Assembly: GCA_031290175.1 (NCBI GenBank)
Contig: JAITOC010000009.1
Coordinates: forward strand, 10,285-74,284
DNA: 64,000 nucleotides
Source: Coriobacteriales bacterium
GTDB lineage: Bacteria > Actinomycetota > Coriobacteriia > Coriobacteriales > UBA8131
Direction: 5' to 3'
Position numbers and translations under genes: made by a program. The notes below the pieces were generated by a model. That model was not told the origin of the DNA and searched no databases. It saw only the letters and a program-made list of their open reading frames with translations. Every line of letters starts with the position of its first letter. Positions within the stretch are counted from its first letter, which is position 1. Below are positions 18,823 through 29,283 of the stretch, piece after piece.

Positions 18823-19251
18823 TCACGCTTCCCTTTCCTTGGTGGTAGCAGGTTCGTTCGCGGCTGTTACGGGCTGTGGGTGACCACTTGCTGCTTCTAC
18901 AGCTGCTGCGGAATGTGGGTTCATCGGCGTGGGGATGCTGGTGGCATAGAAGTTGCCGCCAAAGTCGATGGCGATGCCTTTGATCTCCACGCCAAAGAGA
19001 TCATGTGCCTCGTTCTCAAACACAAAAGAGTTGAAGTACAGATCGCTTATCGAGGGAACCTCATCGTCGACTCCTACGCACAGGCGCAGGTTCTCAAAAG
19101 CCTCACCCTGTGAGAACGAGTAAAGGAGCTCGACGCCTGTGTCGATGGTCGATCCGCACACATTCACGAAGCGCCAGCCCTTATCCTTGTAGTCCTGCGT
19201 TTGGGTATGCAGTTGAGGCAGTGCTATGTCAATGAAAACCTGTGGATCCAT
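18823..19251 (-). CDS. echD: Ech hydrogenase small soluble subunit, NuoC-like
   Basis: 142 aa with NuoC/HycE-N-like sequence (FENEAHDLFGV). It occupies the position between the small and large subunit genes. Confidence 0.7.
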   Translation of the reverse strand: MDPQVFIDIALPQLHTQTQDYKDKGWRFVNVCGSTIDTGVELLYSFSQGEAFENLRLCVGVDDEVPSISDLYFNSFVFENEAHDLFGVEIKGIAIDFGGNFYATSIPTPMNPHSAAAVEAASGHPQPVTAANEPATTKEREA

Positions 19252-19260
19252 GGATCTCTC

Positions 19261-19791
19261 CTAACCAATGGTCTCTGCTAGGGCAGAGGCGCGTACGGTT
19301 TGATCGGCTACCATCTTGTCTGCAGCAGTAAGGCGGCTGGGAAGGGATGCTTCCTCAAGGGTGCCGGAGGCCAGGCTGACCCGTTTTTGTTCAAGGACGC
19401 CCAGCCCGACGACGACGGCATCGATGATGGCCTCGGGACGAACAGCACAGCCGGGGGCGTAGACGTCGACGGGAATCGCCTTATCAATGCCACCTAAGGT
19501 GTTATAGCACTCACGAAAGATACCGCCCGTACAGGCGCAGACGCCACAGGCGATGACGACCTTGGGCTCGGGCATCTGCGAATAGATCTGCTGCAAAACG
19601 CTGCCATTGCGCTCATTGACACTACCGGTTACAAGGAAGATATCGGCATGCTTGGGGTTACCGGTGTTGATGATACCAAAGCGCTCGACATCATACAGGG
19701 GTGTGAGGCAAGCGAGCACCTCAATGTCGCAGCCGTTACAACTCGACGCATCGTAATGGATGATCCAGGGTGATTTTGCCGTTGCGGACAT
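19261..19791 (-). CDS. echC: Ech hydrogenase small subunit (NuoB-like, [4Fe-4S])
   Basis: 176 aa with Cys motifs SCNGCDIE, CGVCACTGG and PGCAVRPE, typical of NuoB/HycG. Confidence 0.9.
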   Translation of the reverse strand: MSATAKSPWIIHYDASSCNGCDIEVLACLTPLYDVERFGIINTGNPKHADIFLVTGSVNERNGSVLQQIYSQMPEPKVVIACGVCACTGGIFRECYNTLGGIDKAIPVDVYAPGCAVRPEAIIDAVVVGLGVLEQKRVSLASGTLEEASLPSRLTAADKMVADQTVRASALAETIG

Positions 19792-19800
19792 GCGCGTCTC

Positions 19801-20673
19801 CTAACCAAGCCAGTACAGCAAGACGATGTTAAGTGAGCAGCACACGAGCGTAACCACCCATGACCACTTGAGCATCGACTGCCACTTAACACGAGCAAAG
19901 TTGTTATCGATGAATACCTCGAGGAAATAGACCGCGCTGATACCGATGATTGCGGGAATGAGAGCAAACCAACTCCCCCACACGAGGAACAACCCCACCC
20001 AACCGAGGAACAGGATGCTCTCGTACCAGTGCATGACCTCCACCATCGCCAGCGTACGACCACTCATCTCAGTCGTGATGCCCTTGACGAGCTCCTGGTG
20101 TGCATGGTGCGAGTAGCTGAGGTCGAAGGGCGACTTCCGCAATTTGATGGTGAGGATAAAGAGCAGTCCGACGAACACGAGCGGCAGAGAGAGGATGAGC
20201 GGCCGGTCAAGGCTGAACACCACACCTGTATCGAAGGTGCGCAGCGCGAAGTAGAACGCGATGGAGATGAGGATGACCATCGGCTCATAGCTCATGACCT
20301 GGGCGATCTCGCGCTCTGCCCCCAACTCGGCATAGGGCGAACGGGTGGAGTATGCGGCGATGATGAAGAACAGGGTCGACAAGGTGAGCACGAACACCAC
20401 GAGCAGGAAGTTGCCACCCGCGAAGAAGAACGCGCCGGCAAGCACCGCCAATACCAACGACATGCACACATAGAAAGCCTGATAGCTGTTGACCTGTGCG
20501 CTCTGCTTGACGATAAGCTTGCGCACATCGTACCAGGGCTGCAACAACGGCGGCCCAACTCTGCCCTGTAGTCGCGCGGTGAGTTTGCGGTCGATACCCG
20601 CCAGGAGACATCCGATGACGGGAGCAAGGACGCCAAAGCCGACGAGGGAGAAAACAAACGACAGACCCGTCAC
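19801..20673 (-). CDS. echB: Ech hydrogenase integral membrane subunit (NuoH/HycD-like)
   Basis: Polytopic protein containing RKLTARLQGRVGPP. I place the start at GTG 20673, which has GGGAGG 6 nt upstream and a GTGA overlap with the echA stop. The track start is 20703. Confidence 0.85.
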   Translation of the reverse strand: MTGLSFVFSLVGFGVLAPVIGCLLAGIDRKLTARLQGRVGPPLLQPWYDVRKLIVKQSAQVNSYQAFYVCMSLVLAVLAGAFFFAGGNFLLVVFVLTLSTLFFIIAAYSTRSPYAELGAEREIAQVMSYEPMVILISIAFYFALRTFDTGVVFSLDRPLILSLPLVFVGLLFILTIKLRKSPFDLSYSHHAHQELVKGITTEMSGRTLAMVEVMHWYESILFLGWVGLFLVWGSWFALIPAIIGISAVYFLEVFIDNNFARVKWQSMLKWSWVVTLVCCSLNIVLLYWLG

Positions 20674-22613
20674 AGTACACCTCCCGTCACCAAAAGTGAG
20701 CATGCAAGCCCGACGGCGATAAGCAGGATGCTTATGATGTTCGCGATGGGTTCGAGGGTTTTCTCACCAAGCCATCCGTCCAGGTACCAGTTGCGCTGCG
20801 TCGTCTGTGTCTCGCCGTTGAGCGAGTTGCGATAAGTGCGCTTCTCGGCATCGAGCGCAACGCCAGCGAGATAGACAGACGCGGTTGGCTTCTTGGGTCG
20901 CGTGAACTGAACGGCGAAGGCAGCGATGAGAGCCAAAACGATGACCGCCATGATGATAAGGTTGTCGAAGTCGATGGTCGCAGAGATACTGCCCCACCAG
21001 ACTGTCGTGCCCGGTAAGATGTCGGCAGCAAAGTGTGCGAGATAGGGCACCACAACAAACTCGGACAGGAAGGGAAACCCGACGCTCAAAAGCAGCACGA
21101 GCGCAGCCATAAGAGCCAGGGAGAACCACTCGGAGGGATGCACGGTCTTCTCGACATCGGGATCCTGCTGTGCAATGGCGAGAACCTTGCCAAGCCATTT
21201 TGCCCAGAACATGAAGGTTGCTGCCGAGCCGAAAGCCAAGATGAAGAGCAGAAGGATATTGTCGGTGTTCACAAGCGAGACGATGGTGGCCCACTTGGAT
21301 ATGAGCATGCCAAAGGGTGCGATGAACATGCAGAGCATCCCGAGTGCCATGAGGCGCGCCAGTATCGGCATACGGACGAAAAGGTTGTCCATGTCCTCAA
21401 TATCGCGGCTGCCAATGTGGTGCTCAGCGGTTCCCACGCACAGGAACAACAACGATTTGGCCGCCGCGTGGAAGATGAGCAGAAAGATGGCTGCCCACAC
21501 CGCCTCGGGTGTCCCCACGCCCGCACACGCGACGATGAGTCCGAGGTTTGCGACGGTGGAGTAGGCAAGCACGCGCTTGGCGTTGCTTTGTGAAACGGCA
21601 AGAAATGAACAGAACAGGAAGGTGAAGCCACCTACAAGGACGACCATTATGCCGTTGTAACTCCAACCAAAGCAGGGAGCCAGCTTGATAAGGAGGAACA
21701 CGCCTGCCTTGACCATCGTGGATGAATGGAGCAGAGCGCTCGTGGGGGTTGGAGCGACCATCGCGCCGAGCAGCCAGGACTGAAAGGGAACCTGCGCTGC
21801 CTTGGTGAAGGCAGCTACCGCCAAAAGCGCCAGGGGGATGACGAGACCCCCCAGTGCGCCTTGTGCAATGAGCTTGTCGAGCTCAAGGATGCCGGAATAG
21901 CCCAGATACACGAGTGCGAGAGCAAAGGCGAGACCGCCTATGAGGTTCATGACGATCTGCCTGAAGGAGTTATCTATCGCCTCCGGGGTGCGCGTGTAGC
22001 CGATGAGCGCGAAGGAGCAGACTGTGGTGACCTCCCAGGCACAGAGCAGCCAAGTAAGGTTGTTGGAGAACACGATGGCGAACATCGCAGAGAGGAACAC
22101 GAACATGAGCGCAAAGAACACAGGCCGACGGTCGGGTTTGTCGTTGTCGTCTTCATGTACCTGGAAGTCGTGCATGTATCCAAGTGCGTAGATGCAGATA
22201 CCGCCGCCGATGACGCCGATGATAAGCGTCATGATAACCGAGAGTCCATCGACATACAGATTGTTCTCTATGGTCATACCATGGGCGATGAGAAGCTCGA
22301 ACGCCACGATGATGACGGTCTGAACCGCGGCAAGAGCGACTGCGAGCGGTTTTTTGTGCCTGATGCCCTTGACGATGATATACGCGCAGCACAAAACGTC
22401 AATCACAAGCGTGAGGATGGTCACCCACTCTCCTTCAAAGGGCGGATACCAGGTTTCACTGAAAAGGTGCCCTACCGCGAGCCACGCTGAAGCAATCATG
22501 ATAGCGGCCGCAGAAACGATCACCACAACCGAACGCGCCCTGTTGTTGCGGACAAGCAGAAGCACACCTGCCGCAACAACAGGAAACACGATGAGAAATG
22601 CTAGGTTAACCAT
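20670..22613 (-). CDS. echA: Ech hydrogenase antiporter-like membrane subunit (NuoL/HyfB-like)
   Basis: About 647 aa and about 16 TM, with NuoL/MnhA-type sequence. ATG 22613 is preceded by GGAAGGGAAG; the track start GTG is at 22619. Confidence 0.85.
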   Translation of the reverse strand: MVNLAFLIVFPVVAAGVLLLVRNNRARSVVVIVSAAAIMIASAWLAVGHLFSETWYPPFEGEWVTILTLVIDVLCCAYIIVKGIRHKKPLAVALAAVQTVIIVAFELLIAHGMTIENNLYVDGLSVIMTLIIGVIGGGICIYALGYMHDFQVHEDDNDKPDRRPVFFALMFVFLSAMFAIVFSNNLTWLLCAWEVTTVCSFALIGYTRTPEAIDNSFRQIVMNLIGGLAFALALVYLGYSGILELDKLIAQGALGGLVIPLALLAVAAFTKAAQVPFQSWLLGAMVAPTPTSALLHSSTMVKAGVFLLIKLAPCFGWSYNGIMVVLVGGFTFLFCSFLAVSQSNAKRVLAYSTVANLGLIVACAGVGTPEAVWAAIFLLIFHAAAKSLLFLCVGTAEHHIGSRDIEDMDNLFVRMPILARLMALGMLCMFIAPFGMLISKWATIVSLVNTDNILLLFILAFGSAATFMFWAKWLGKVLAIAQQDPDVEKTVHPSEWFSLALMAALVLLLSVGFPFLSEFVVVPYLAHFAADILPGTTVWWGSISATIDFDNLIIMAVIVLALIAAFAVQFTRPKKPTASVYLAGVALDAEKRTYRNSLNGETQTTQRNWYLDGWLGEKTLEPIANIISILLIAVGLACSLLVTGGVL

Positions 22614-22646
22614 CCCCACTTCCCTTCCTTGAGCACCGAAAACCCT

Positions 22647-22667
22647 AGCCCCCCATCATGAGGGGCT
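22647..22667 (-). terminator. weak hairpin plus U-tract between the acs and ech modules (possible attenuator or processing site)
   Basis: On the mRNA: AGCCCC-UCAUGAUGG-GGGGCU followed by AGGGUUUUCGG. It lies in the 86-nt gap between the Cys-rich ORF stop and the echA start. Confidence 0.3.
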
Positions 22668-22705
22668 GCAAACAGGGTCTCGCGACAATTTTTCTTCCCT
22701 TGGGA

Positions 22706-22966
22706 TCAGGGATTATTCGATCGCCTCTCCCGCTCCTTGAACAGCTTTTGCATATGCTCATACATCTCATCGCCCACACATTCCCGTGCATACCCGCACC
22801 ACTCCACACAGGTCTGCCGGTCGTTGTAGGCGATAAAGCCACAGGAGCATTTCCGTGACATATCGACCGAAAACAACTCTATCTCCGCACCACACACAGG
22901 ACAAATCTTCTCATCCCAGGTAGGAGTGCCCTTTATGCCAGCAGCGCCGAGACAGCCCTTGAGCAT
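22706..22966 (-). CDS. small Cys-rich zinc-ribbon-like protein, function unknown
   Basis: 86 aa with 9 Cys, including CPVCG...CSCG. Its ATG lies 2 nt after the acsE stop, suggesting translational coupling. Confidence 0.55.
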   Translation of the reverse strand: MLKGCLGAAGIKGTPTWDEKICPVCGAEIELFSVDMSRKCSCGFIAYNDRQTCVEWCGYARECVGDEMYEHMQKLFKERERRSNNP

Positions 22967-22968
22967 AT

Positions 22969-23754
22969 TTACAGCTCGAGGTAGGAATCCGCATACAAGG
23001 TGCGTCCCAAGACGACATTCACCGTTCTAACGACGTCCATAATCTCGGGGGCACCAGGGTCGAGGATGACCGAGCTGAGACCGGCTTCCATCGCCATGGC
23101 AAGAAGAATGCGGTTCACAAGCGGCCTGAGTGCATCGGGCATTCCGTTGGAGGCATTTGAGATGCCGGCTGTGGAGTTCAGGCCCATATCAGTGAGTTGA
23201 CGGATGAACTCAAGGAACTCAAGCTGCTTTTCCTGCATGCCCTTGATAACTAGGGTCAGCGGATCGAACCAGAGATCCTCGGGCTCCATACCTAAGGAAA
23301 GTCCGCGCTCGAGCATGGTCTGACAATACTCCATGCGCTCGTCGTTGTCTTTGGGGACACCAGCCGCGCAGCACAAGGCAATGATGATTGCGTCATTGTC
23401 AGCAGCCAGGTCGATCATGCCGATCCTGTCCCCTGCGTCAGCGGAGTTGATGATAGGCTTGCCCTTTGAGCGGTTATACACAGCAAGACCGGCTTCGATG
23501 GCCTTGGCGTTGACAGTATCAAGGGCGACCGGCACGTTATCGAAGTTCTCCTGCAGGAGCTTGACACCCCACACCATCAATTCCTCGCCATTCTTCGAAG
23601 CGGGACCGATGTTGAGGTCGAGATAGTGGGCACCAGCCGCGAGCTGATCTTTTGCACGTGACAAGATGGGCTCGGGATCCCTGTCGATGAATGCCTGCTT
23701 GACCTCGGGCGACATTATCTGAATACGCTCGCCGAGAATGATGAACTTTTCCAT
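22969..23754 (-). CDS. acsE: methyltetrahydrofolate:corrinoid/iron-sulfur protein methyltransferase (pterin-binding MeTr)
   Basis: 261 aa with a pterin-binding TIM-barrel sequence (LDLNIGP, INSA, AGISNASNGMP). It sits directly downstream of acsC/acsD. Confidence 0.88.
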   Translation of the reverse strand: MEKFIILGERIQIMSPEVKQAFIDRDPEPILSRAKDQLAAGAHYLDLNIGPASKNGEELMVWGVKLLQENFDNVPVALDTVNAKAIEAGLAVYNRSKGKPIINSADAGDRIGMIDLAADNDAIIIALCCAAGVPKDNDERMEYCQTMLERGLSLGMEPEDLWFDPLTLVIKGMQEKQLEFLEFIRQLTDMGLNSTAGISNASNGMPDALRPLVNRILLAMAMEAGLSSVILDPGAPEIMDVVRTVNVVLGRTLYADSYLEL

Positions 23755-23842
23755 TGCTTTCCTCCATTCTGTCCGGAGTCTTAGATCCGGACATCAGTGT
23801 CTCCTGACCTCCCTTTTGAGATCTGGAGAAAATACCAGTGTC

Positions 23843-25174
23843 CTAGGCGACAAACTCCTTGAGGAACTTGGGCAACCCGATGGCCTCGTTGGGCGCGATG
23901 ACAATCTTCCATCCGGGAAGGTTCTCCTCTAGCTCGCCCTTGAGAACGGATATCTTGCCAGGAACCATAAGGGTGTGGTTCTTGACCTTTGCCTCAAGAC
24001 CCTCATCCTTGATGAACTTTGCGATGGAGTCAGCGGTCAACTTGCCCGCGGACCACGCAGTCAGTACGGAATACCCACCCGCATCGGGGATGATGAGGTT
24101 GACCGGAACACCAGAACGCTCGATCTCACCACTGATGATGAAGTAGGTGAGCGCGAAGTCTACGGTGAACGCGCAGGGGTCGTTCTCGCCTGCACCGTTG
24201 ATTGGATAGAGGCCTGTTTCGACCGTCATCGGCTTCTGGGGATCGGTAAAGACGTTCTGTCGCAGGCCATAGAGCCCGAGCGCCTTGCCATAATCCATCT
24301 TCTCAAGAATGATGATGGAACCATACTTTGAGGTGAAGAGTGACGCGAGAGCCGTCTGCAGGCGCTCGTCACCCGGGGCGAGCTTGGCAACATTGACGAT
24401 AGAAGGATACCCGAAGCTGCGGTCATTATCCTTCAGAGCCGCACGTCTGATCTTCACGGCATTGCCGAACGCGTCCTTGATCGATGCGCCGCCCACGTCG
24501 AGGACGAGTTCCTTGTTGCCTAGACCCTCCAGCGCGGTGACCGTGGTATAGAGGGCATCGAGATCCTCTGCCCTGACCCCGAGAACCACGCCATACTCCT
24601 TGGCAAGCGCGTTACAGGCCTCGTAATTGGACGGGTTGGCACCGTTGAGGATCGGTTTGGTATCTTTGACGAGGTCGAGAGCTGCCTTTGCAGCGTCCCC
24701 GTCCTGCACATCGAGCACCAGCGTCCTGCCCGTTGCAGCAGCCTTTTTGACCGCGCTCAAAAACGCGCTCTTATCGCCCTCAAAGGCGACGTTAACCAGC
24801 TCGACATACATATGCTCTCCGATGCGCACGTAGTCGACCTTTGCTGCTTCTGCTAAAACCTCATCCGCGTTTGCATCGGTAACCGACACGCCGTAGAGGC
24901 TCTTGGACACGAAGGTCTTGTCATGACGGAACAGTACCGTCTCGCCACCTATCGTGTGCTCTTCTTCGCCGACACCAATCTTGATGCTCTTCATCGGCGG
25001 CGCTGTCGCTTCTCCGAGTGTTGCGAGGGCTTCTTCTGACATATGAGGGCACTGTTCGATTTGCACCGAGCCCTGAGCGACCTTCATCGAAAACGCCATG
25101 CAGGTTGGTTGGCCGCATTCCTTGCAATTGGTCTTAGGTGTAAGTTTGAAAATATCAAGTCCCTTAAGAGCCAT
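23843..25174 (-). CDS. acsC: corrinoid iron-sulfur protein large subunit
   Basis: 443 aa with the N-terminal [4Fe-4S] motif TNCKECGQPTCMAFSMKVAQG and family-typical length. Confidence 0.92.
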   Translation of the reverse strand: MALKGLDIFKLTPKTNCKECGQPTCMAFSMKVAQGSVQIEQCPHMSEEALATLGEATAPPMKSIKIGVGEEEHTIGGETVLFRHDKTFVSKSLYGVSVTDANADEVLAEAAKVDYVRIGEHMYVELVNVAFEGDKSAFLSAVKKAAATGRTLVLDVQDGDAAKAALDLVKDTKPILNGANPSNYEACNALAKEYGVVLGVRAEDLDALYTTVTALEGLGNKELVLDVGGASIKDAFGNAVKIRRAALKDNDRSFGYPSIVNVAKLAPGDERLQTALASLFTSKYGSIIILEKMDYGKALGLYGLRQNVFTDPQKPMTVETGLYPINGAGENDPCAFTVDFALTYFIISGEIERSGVPVNLIIPDAGGYSVLTAWSAGKLTADSIAKFIKDEGLEAKVKNHTLMVPGKISVLKGELEENLPGWKIVIAPNEAIGLPKFLKEFVA

Positions 25175-25206
25175 GGTAATATGCTCCTTTCTTTGTCTCT
25201 GGCGTC

Positions 25207-26151
25207 TTATACCAGTTCGGCGATCAGCTTTGAAACCGTAGCGACGGAAGCCGGGTGCATGAGTATGACTGCATTGGATCCTGCGGCGATGCTGGCTACG
25301 GCAGTGGAGACCTCCAGGCCGATGCCACGCTCCTCACGAGAACCCCACTCGGGTATCTCTTCTTCCGTGGCAAGGGATTCCTTTACGGTCCAGGCCTCGG
25401 TGCTGATTGGCGAGATGACCGGTATCTGGAGCGCGGCGTCATTCTGCGTCAATGCGGCCAGCTTGACGCGCTCTACCGTAGAGATGATGTACTCGAAGCC
25501 GTACCCAACAACACCCTGTCCAAGGTTCTCAACAAGGTTCTCATTCTTGATACCCAGTTGAGAAAAGAGCACATTAAGCTGTTTTGCAAGGTTGATATCG
25601 ACCGCCGACTCTCCGGAGACCTTCTGGCCATACGCAGTCACAGCCGCAACGGCGATGCCTTTGTAGTTCTCCTCTTTCGCGTTGAGCAACAGGGCGTTCT
25701 TGCCCTGCAGCGCCTCGGCTACCTTGGGGAGAAGCTCGGCGTCTTTGTCGATGTTGTTGCTTCCCGTGACCACGAGTGGCAATGAGATGGCATCGGCCAC
25801 CTCTTTTACCTTCGCGACCGAATCGGCGACCGACTCGTTGTCTCCGTTGGGATCTGACCCGGCGAGCCTGAACGCAACAAACTGCACACCGGGAACCTGT
25901 TCCGCCTTCTTCGCGAGCTCGGCCAGTGTCTCAGCACCTTCGTACGCTGCGGCGACACCCGGCAGACTCCTGTCGGGACCCTGGTCGGAGAACTCGATCC
26001 CAACAGCAGGGGGGTTCTTGACCGCCCCGTCAAAGCTGTATAGAGACCAGACATTCTCGCCACCCAGGGTAAGCGCCTTCTCACCGGTTCCTAGCACGGT
26101 TTCACCAATCGATGAAGAAAACACCTGGGGGTTATGCTTAAATGGCATCAT
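25207..26151 (-). CDS. acsD: corrinoid iron-sulfur protein small subunit
   Basis: 314 aa TIM-barrel-type sequence, located between acsB and acsC. Confidence 0.88.
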   Translation of the reverse strand: MMPFKHNPQVFSSSIGETVLGTGEKALTLGGENVWSLYSFDGAVKNPPAVGIEFSDQGPDRSLPGVAAAYEGAETLAELAKKAEQVPGVQFVAFRLAGSDPNGDNESVADSVAKVKEVADAISLPLVVTGSNNIDKDAELLPKVAEALQGKNALLLNAKEENYKGIAVAAVTAYGQKVSGESAVDINLAKQLNVLFSQLGIKNENLVENLGQGVVGYGFEYIISTVERVKLAALTQNDAALQIPVISPISTEAWTVKESLATEEEIPEWGSREERGIGLEVSTAVASIAAGSNAVILMHPASVATVSKLIAELV

Positions 26152-26275
26152 TCTCTCCTTTCAAACCTTCATTACATTCCATGTGCATTGCAAAGTAGAC
26201 ATCCCCATACCTCTTCCGGCAAAGCGAACGACCATTCACCTCCTCCTTGATCCTTCTTCGAGACAAACGCAGCTA

Positions 26276-28405
26276 TCAGAACAAAGGCTCCATACTGAGT
26301 ACGGGATGCCCTTTTTCACTGAGATGGTTCATCAGAACCTCAGGATCATCGGTGATCGTCTCGTCGCCGATCATATCGACGTAGTTATCGATGCCGTAAA
26401 GCTCTTTGGCAGTGGCGTTGAGCTTGGGAGCCACAAGCTCCTTGAGGGCCTTGGGCATCCAGACGATCCTGGCGGGGCCTCCCTCGGCACGCATGAACTT
26501 CTTGGAGGCGATGAAGTGCTTGCCGTGCCCCATGAAGCCCGGTGTCTGCACACCACCACCGGTCATCGATGCCATCTCAGAGAAGGACATGCCCAGAGGG
26601 GTGATGCCTGTGTGTTCGCGGTTTACGATAACGACGCCGTTGCTGTAGGTCTCGATGCCGCAAATGCACTCGAAACAGCCGCAGCTGGTCATCGGGTCGA
26701 CCATGATGGAGTACAGCGTGACCTGCTGGAGGTTGCCGTGCGATTGCGCGGCGACATTCTCGTTGACGTCCTCCCAGATCCCGACATGCTCATCCACTAC
26801 GCGCTCCTTGGTGACCACCTGGCAGGCACCGTTGGGGTCGAGCTGATTCATCGCCTTGGCATCCAGCCAAGACACAGCCCCGCAAAGTCCCAGGCGCTCG
26901 GGAGTGACGATACAGACATGCGCAGGCGAGAAGGATTGGCAGAGGATGCAGTTGTAGAAGACATCGACGGTCTCGTCGGTCATCGATGCAAGGCGCGCAT
27001 CGCGGGTATCGAAGACCTTGTTTATCTCCGTACGAAGCTCCTTGAGGTCTTCTGACTTCGTGTATATCTTGACCTGGCACTTGTCAATGAGAGCCTCGTA
27101 CTCACTTTTGATTTTGGCGTAGACAATCTCACCGATGTGCCTGAGACGGAAGCCCGCATTGAAGGCGTCCTTGCTGATGCGGATGCGGATGAGGTCGCGC
27201 TGCCCGGTATGCATGATGCCCTCAGCACAGTTGATGAAGTTGTGGAAGTTGCGCTCTATGACCGGCTCAAAGTCAGTGAGCATGTTCTTACCAGCAACCT
27301 CAGCAACGATACCGAGACCCACGCGCTCGCCCTCCTCAAAATCCTCCACATCGGGTCCGATTATCTCGATGGCATGATCCTCTATCTCGTGTATCTCGCG
27401 CATCCGTACCCACTCAAGGGAGTCGAAGCGGCTTCCATCGAAGTCGATGCGCGTGGCATCCCTCCTGACGATCTCGCCCTCGAAAGCAGATGAATAGGAG
27501 ACGGGTATATCGACCTTGGTGATCTTGAGCTTGATATCACGAGCCTCAAGTGAAGTCTCGATGAAGTCCTTCGTATCCGGTTGGATGATGATGCTCTTGG
27601 GTACCGGCCACATATCCTTGGGGTCGTCGGTGATGACCGGGAATCCCATCGCTATGGCACCTGCGCCACAGGAGACGACGAGGTCACTCACGGGGTCGAA
27701 GGCATTGACGAAGGCGTGGATGCGCCAGAACGTATAGTCATCAAAGTCCCAACGTTCACCAGGTTGGACAGCACCAAAGATCATAGCGGCTCTGTTGACG
27801 AAGGAGATGATATGCGCAACCTGCCAGACATCGGGCCCTACGGCTACGACGCGCACCGGGAAGCCCATGTTCATATTGAGACGTCGCGCCTGCGCGATAA
27901 CCTCACCGAGAAGGAATACGAATATGCCGCGAGCCTGATAGCCCTTAATGAGCTCAAGCGCCTCCTCATCCGTCGGTGCCTTGCCGTGGATAACGACGAA
28001 ACCGGGTATGTCATTGGTGACGAGCGGCACACCCAGCTCACGCACCTCGGCATCCGAGAGATGCCCGTGGTACTCACCGTTGTAAGGGTCGTCACTTTTG
28101 GCGTACTTGCAAGCTTCTATGACTTCTGCGGCAGCGAAGGTCGCGTAGCCGGTCTTGAAGACAGATCCCAGGTCGGGCTCATGGATATTCCAGGTCTTGT
28201 CTTCCTCGAATGCCGCCCTGAGATCCTTGAGACTCATAATCTGACGCTTGAAATACGTAAGGTGGTTCGCGAGATGATAGGCTGTATTGGGCATACTGAC
28301 GGGAGCGTTCTCGCCGAGTTCCGCAATGGTTTCATCGAGCGCCTTCTGCGCCAGGGCAAACATCTCGTCCGCTCCGTCAAACACCCTGTCGAATAATTTC
28401 TTCAT
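26276..28405 (-). CDS. acsB: acetyl-CoA synthase (CODH/ACS A-cluster subunit)
   Basis: 709 aa. Aligns along its whole length with my recollection of Moorella AcsB. A-cluster ligand motifs CILCQSFSPAHVCIVTPERLGLCGA and MTSCGCFECI are present. Confidence 0.96.
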   Translation of the reverse strand: MKKLFDRVFDGADEMFALAQKALDETIAELGENAPVSMPNTAYHLANHLTYFKRQIMSLKDLRAAFEEDKTWNIHEPDLGSVFKTGYATFAAAEVIEACKYAKSDDPYNGEYHGHLSDAEVRELGVPLVTNDIPGFVVIHGKAPTDEEALELIKGYQARGIFVFLLGEVIAQARRLNMNMGFPVRVVAVGPDVWQVAHIISFVNRAAMIFGAVQPGERWDFDDYTFWRIHAFVNAFDPVSDLVVSCGAGAIAMGFPVITDDPKDMWPVPKSIIIQPDTKDFIETSLEARDIKLKITKVDIPVSYSSAFEGEIVRRDATRIDFDGSRFDSLEWVRMREIHEIEDHAIEIIGPDVEDFEEGERVGLGIVAEVAGKNMLTDFEPVIERNFHNFINCAEGIMHTGQRDLIRIRISKDAFNAGFRLRHIGEIVYAKIKSEYEALIDKCQVKIYTKSEDLKELRTEINKVFDTRDARLASMTDETVDVFYNCILCQSFSPAHVCIVTPERLGLCGAVSWLDAKAMNQLDPNGACQVVTKERVVDEHVGIWEDVNENVAAQSHGNLQQVTLYSIMVDPMTSCGCFECICGIETYSNGVVIVNREHTGITPLGMSFSEMASMTGGGVQTPGFMGHGKHFIASKKFMRAEGGPARIVWMPKALKELVAPKLNATAKELYGIDNYVDMIGDETITDDPEVLMNHLSEKGHPVLSMEPLF

Positions 28406-28435
28406 CCGTTGGTCCCTTCCCGATGTCCCGCCACC

Positions 28436-29218
28436 CTAATGGGTTGCATAGCTATCGATTTTCTCCTTGATGAAATTGATTTCTTTCTGTATGGCCTCGC
28501 TGGTATCCAAAGCAGATACCTCCCGCTTGTCTGACTCGATCGCATCATCCGTATAGCGTATGAATCCGAGGATATCTTCTCCCCACAACCGCTCCCTCAG
28601 GTAGTCCTCGTCGGCGGTGCTCCGCACCTTGTTCCCGACGATGCTCACCCGGGTGATACCGAGGTCGGCGGCCAACTGCTTGATCTTGTGATAGGTCTGT
28701 ATGCTCCGTGTGCCCGGCTCGACGACAACGATGAAGCGGTCGACCATATCGGCCGTCCCTCGCCCCAGATGCTCGAGGCCAGCTTCCATGTCCATGATGA
28801 CCACATCGTCACGGTTGAGCACCAGGTGCGAGATGATGCGCTTGAGCATCACATGCTCAGGGCACACGCAGCCCCCTCCCCCGCTCTCGACCGTTCCCAT
28901 GAGAAGAAGCTTGACGCCATTCTTAGCGACCGCAAACCGATCGGGTATGTCATCGACCCGAGGGTTTATCTTGAAGAACCTGCCGTAACCCGCACTGTCG
29001 CTGCCCGTCCGCTCATTGATGAGGTCGTTCATCTTCGAGATCGGAGTGATGGCCAGAACCTCTTCCTCGGTGAATCCCAGTGCAAGACCCAGATTGGCAT
29101 CGGGGTCAGCGTCCACAGCCAGGACGGTCCTGCCCTCACGCGCATAGAGCCCTGCCAGTACGGAGGCCAGCGTGGTCTTGCCGACCCCTCCTTTACCTGT
29201 GACTGCTATCTTCAACAT
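28436..29218 (-). CDS. cooC: CooC/AcsF-type nickel-insertion ATPase
   Basis: 260 aa with deviant Walker A GKGGVGKTT and the CxC metal motif (CVC). Confidence 0.9.
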   Translation of the reverse strand: MLKIAVTGKGGVGKTTLASVLAGLYAREGRTVLAVDADPDANLGLALGFTEEEVLAITPISKMNDLINERTGSDSAGYGRFFKINPRVDDIPDRFAVAKNGVKLLLMGTVESGGGGCVCPEHVMLKRIISHLVLNRDDVVIMDMEAGLEHLGRGTADMVDRFIVVVEPGTRSIQTYHKIKQLAADLGITRVSIVGNKVRSTADEDYLRERLWGEDILGFIRYTDDAIESDKREVSALDTSEAIQKEINFIKEKIDSYATH

Positions 29219-29283
29219 ACACCTCCCCGGAAACCTCTCATGTCGACCTCTCTCCTGGCAATGACTTCCTTAAGGCTCATGCG

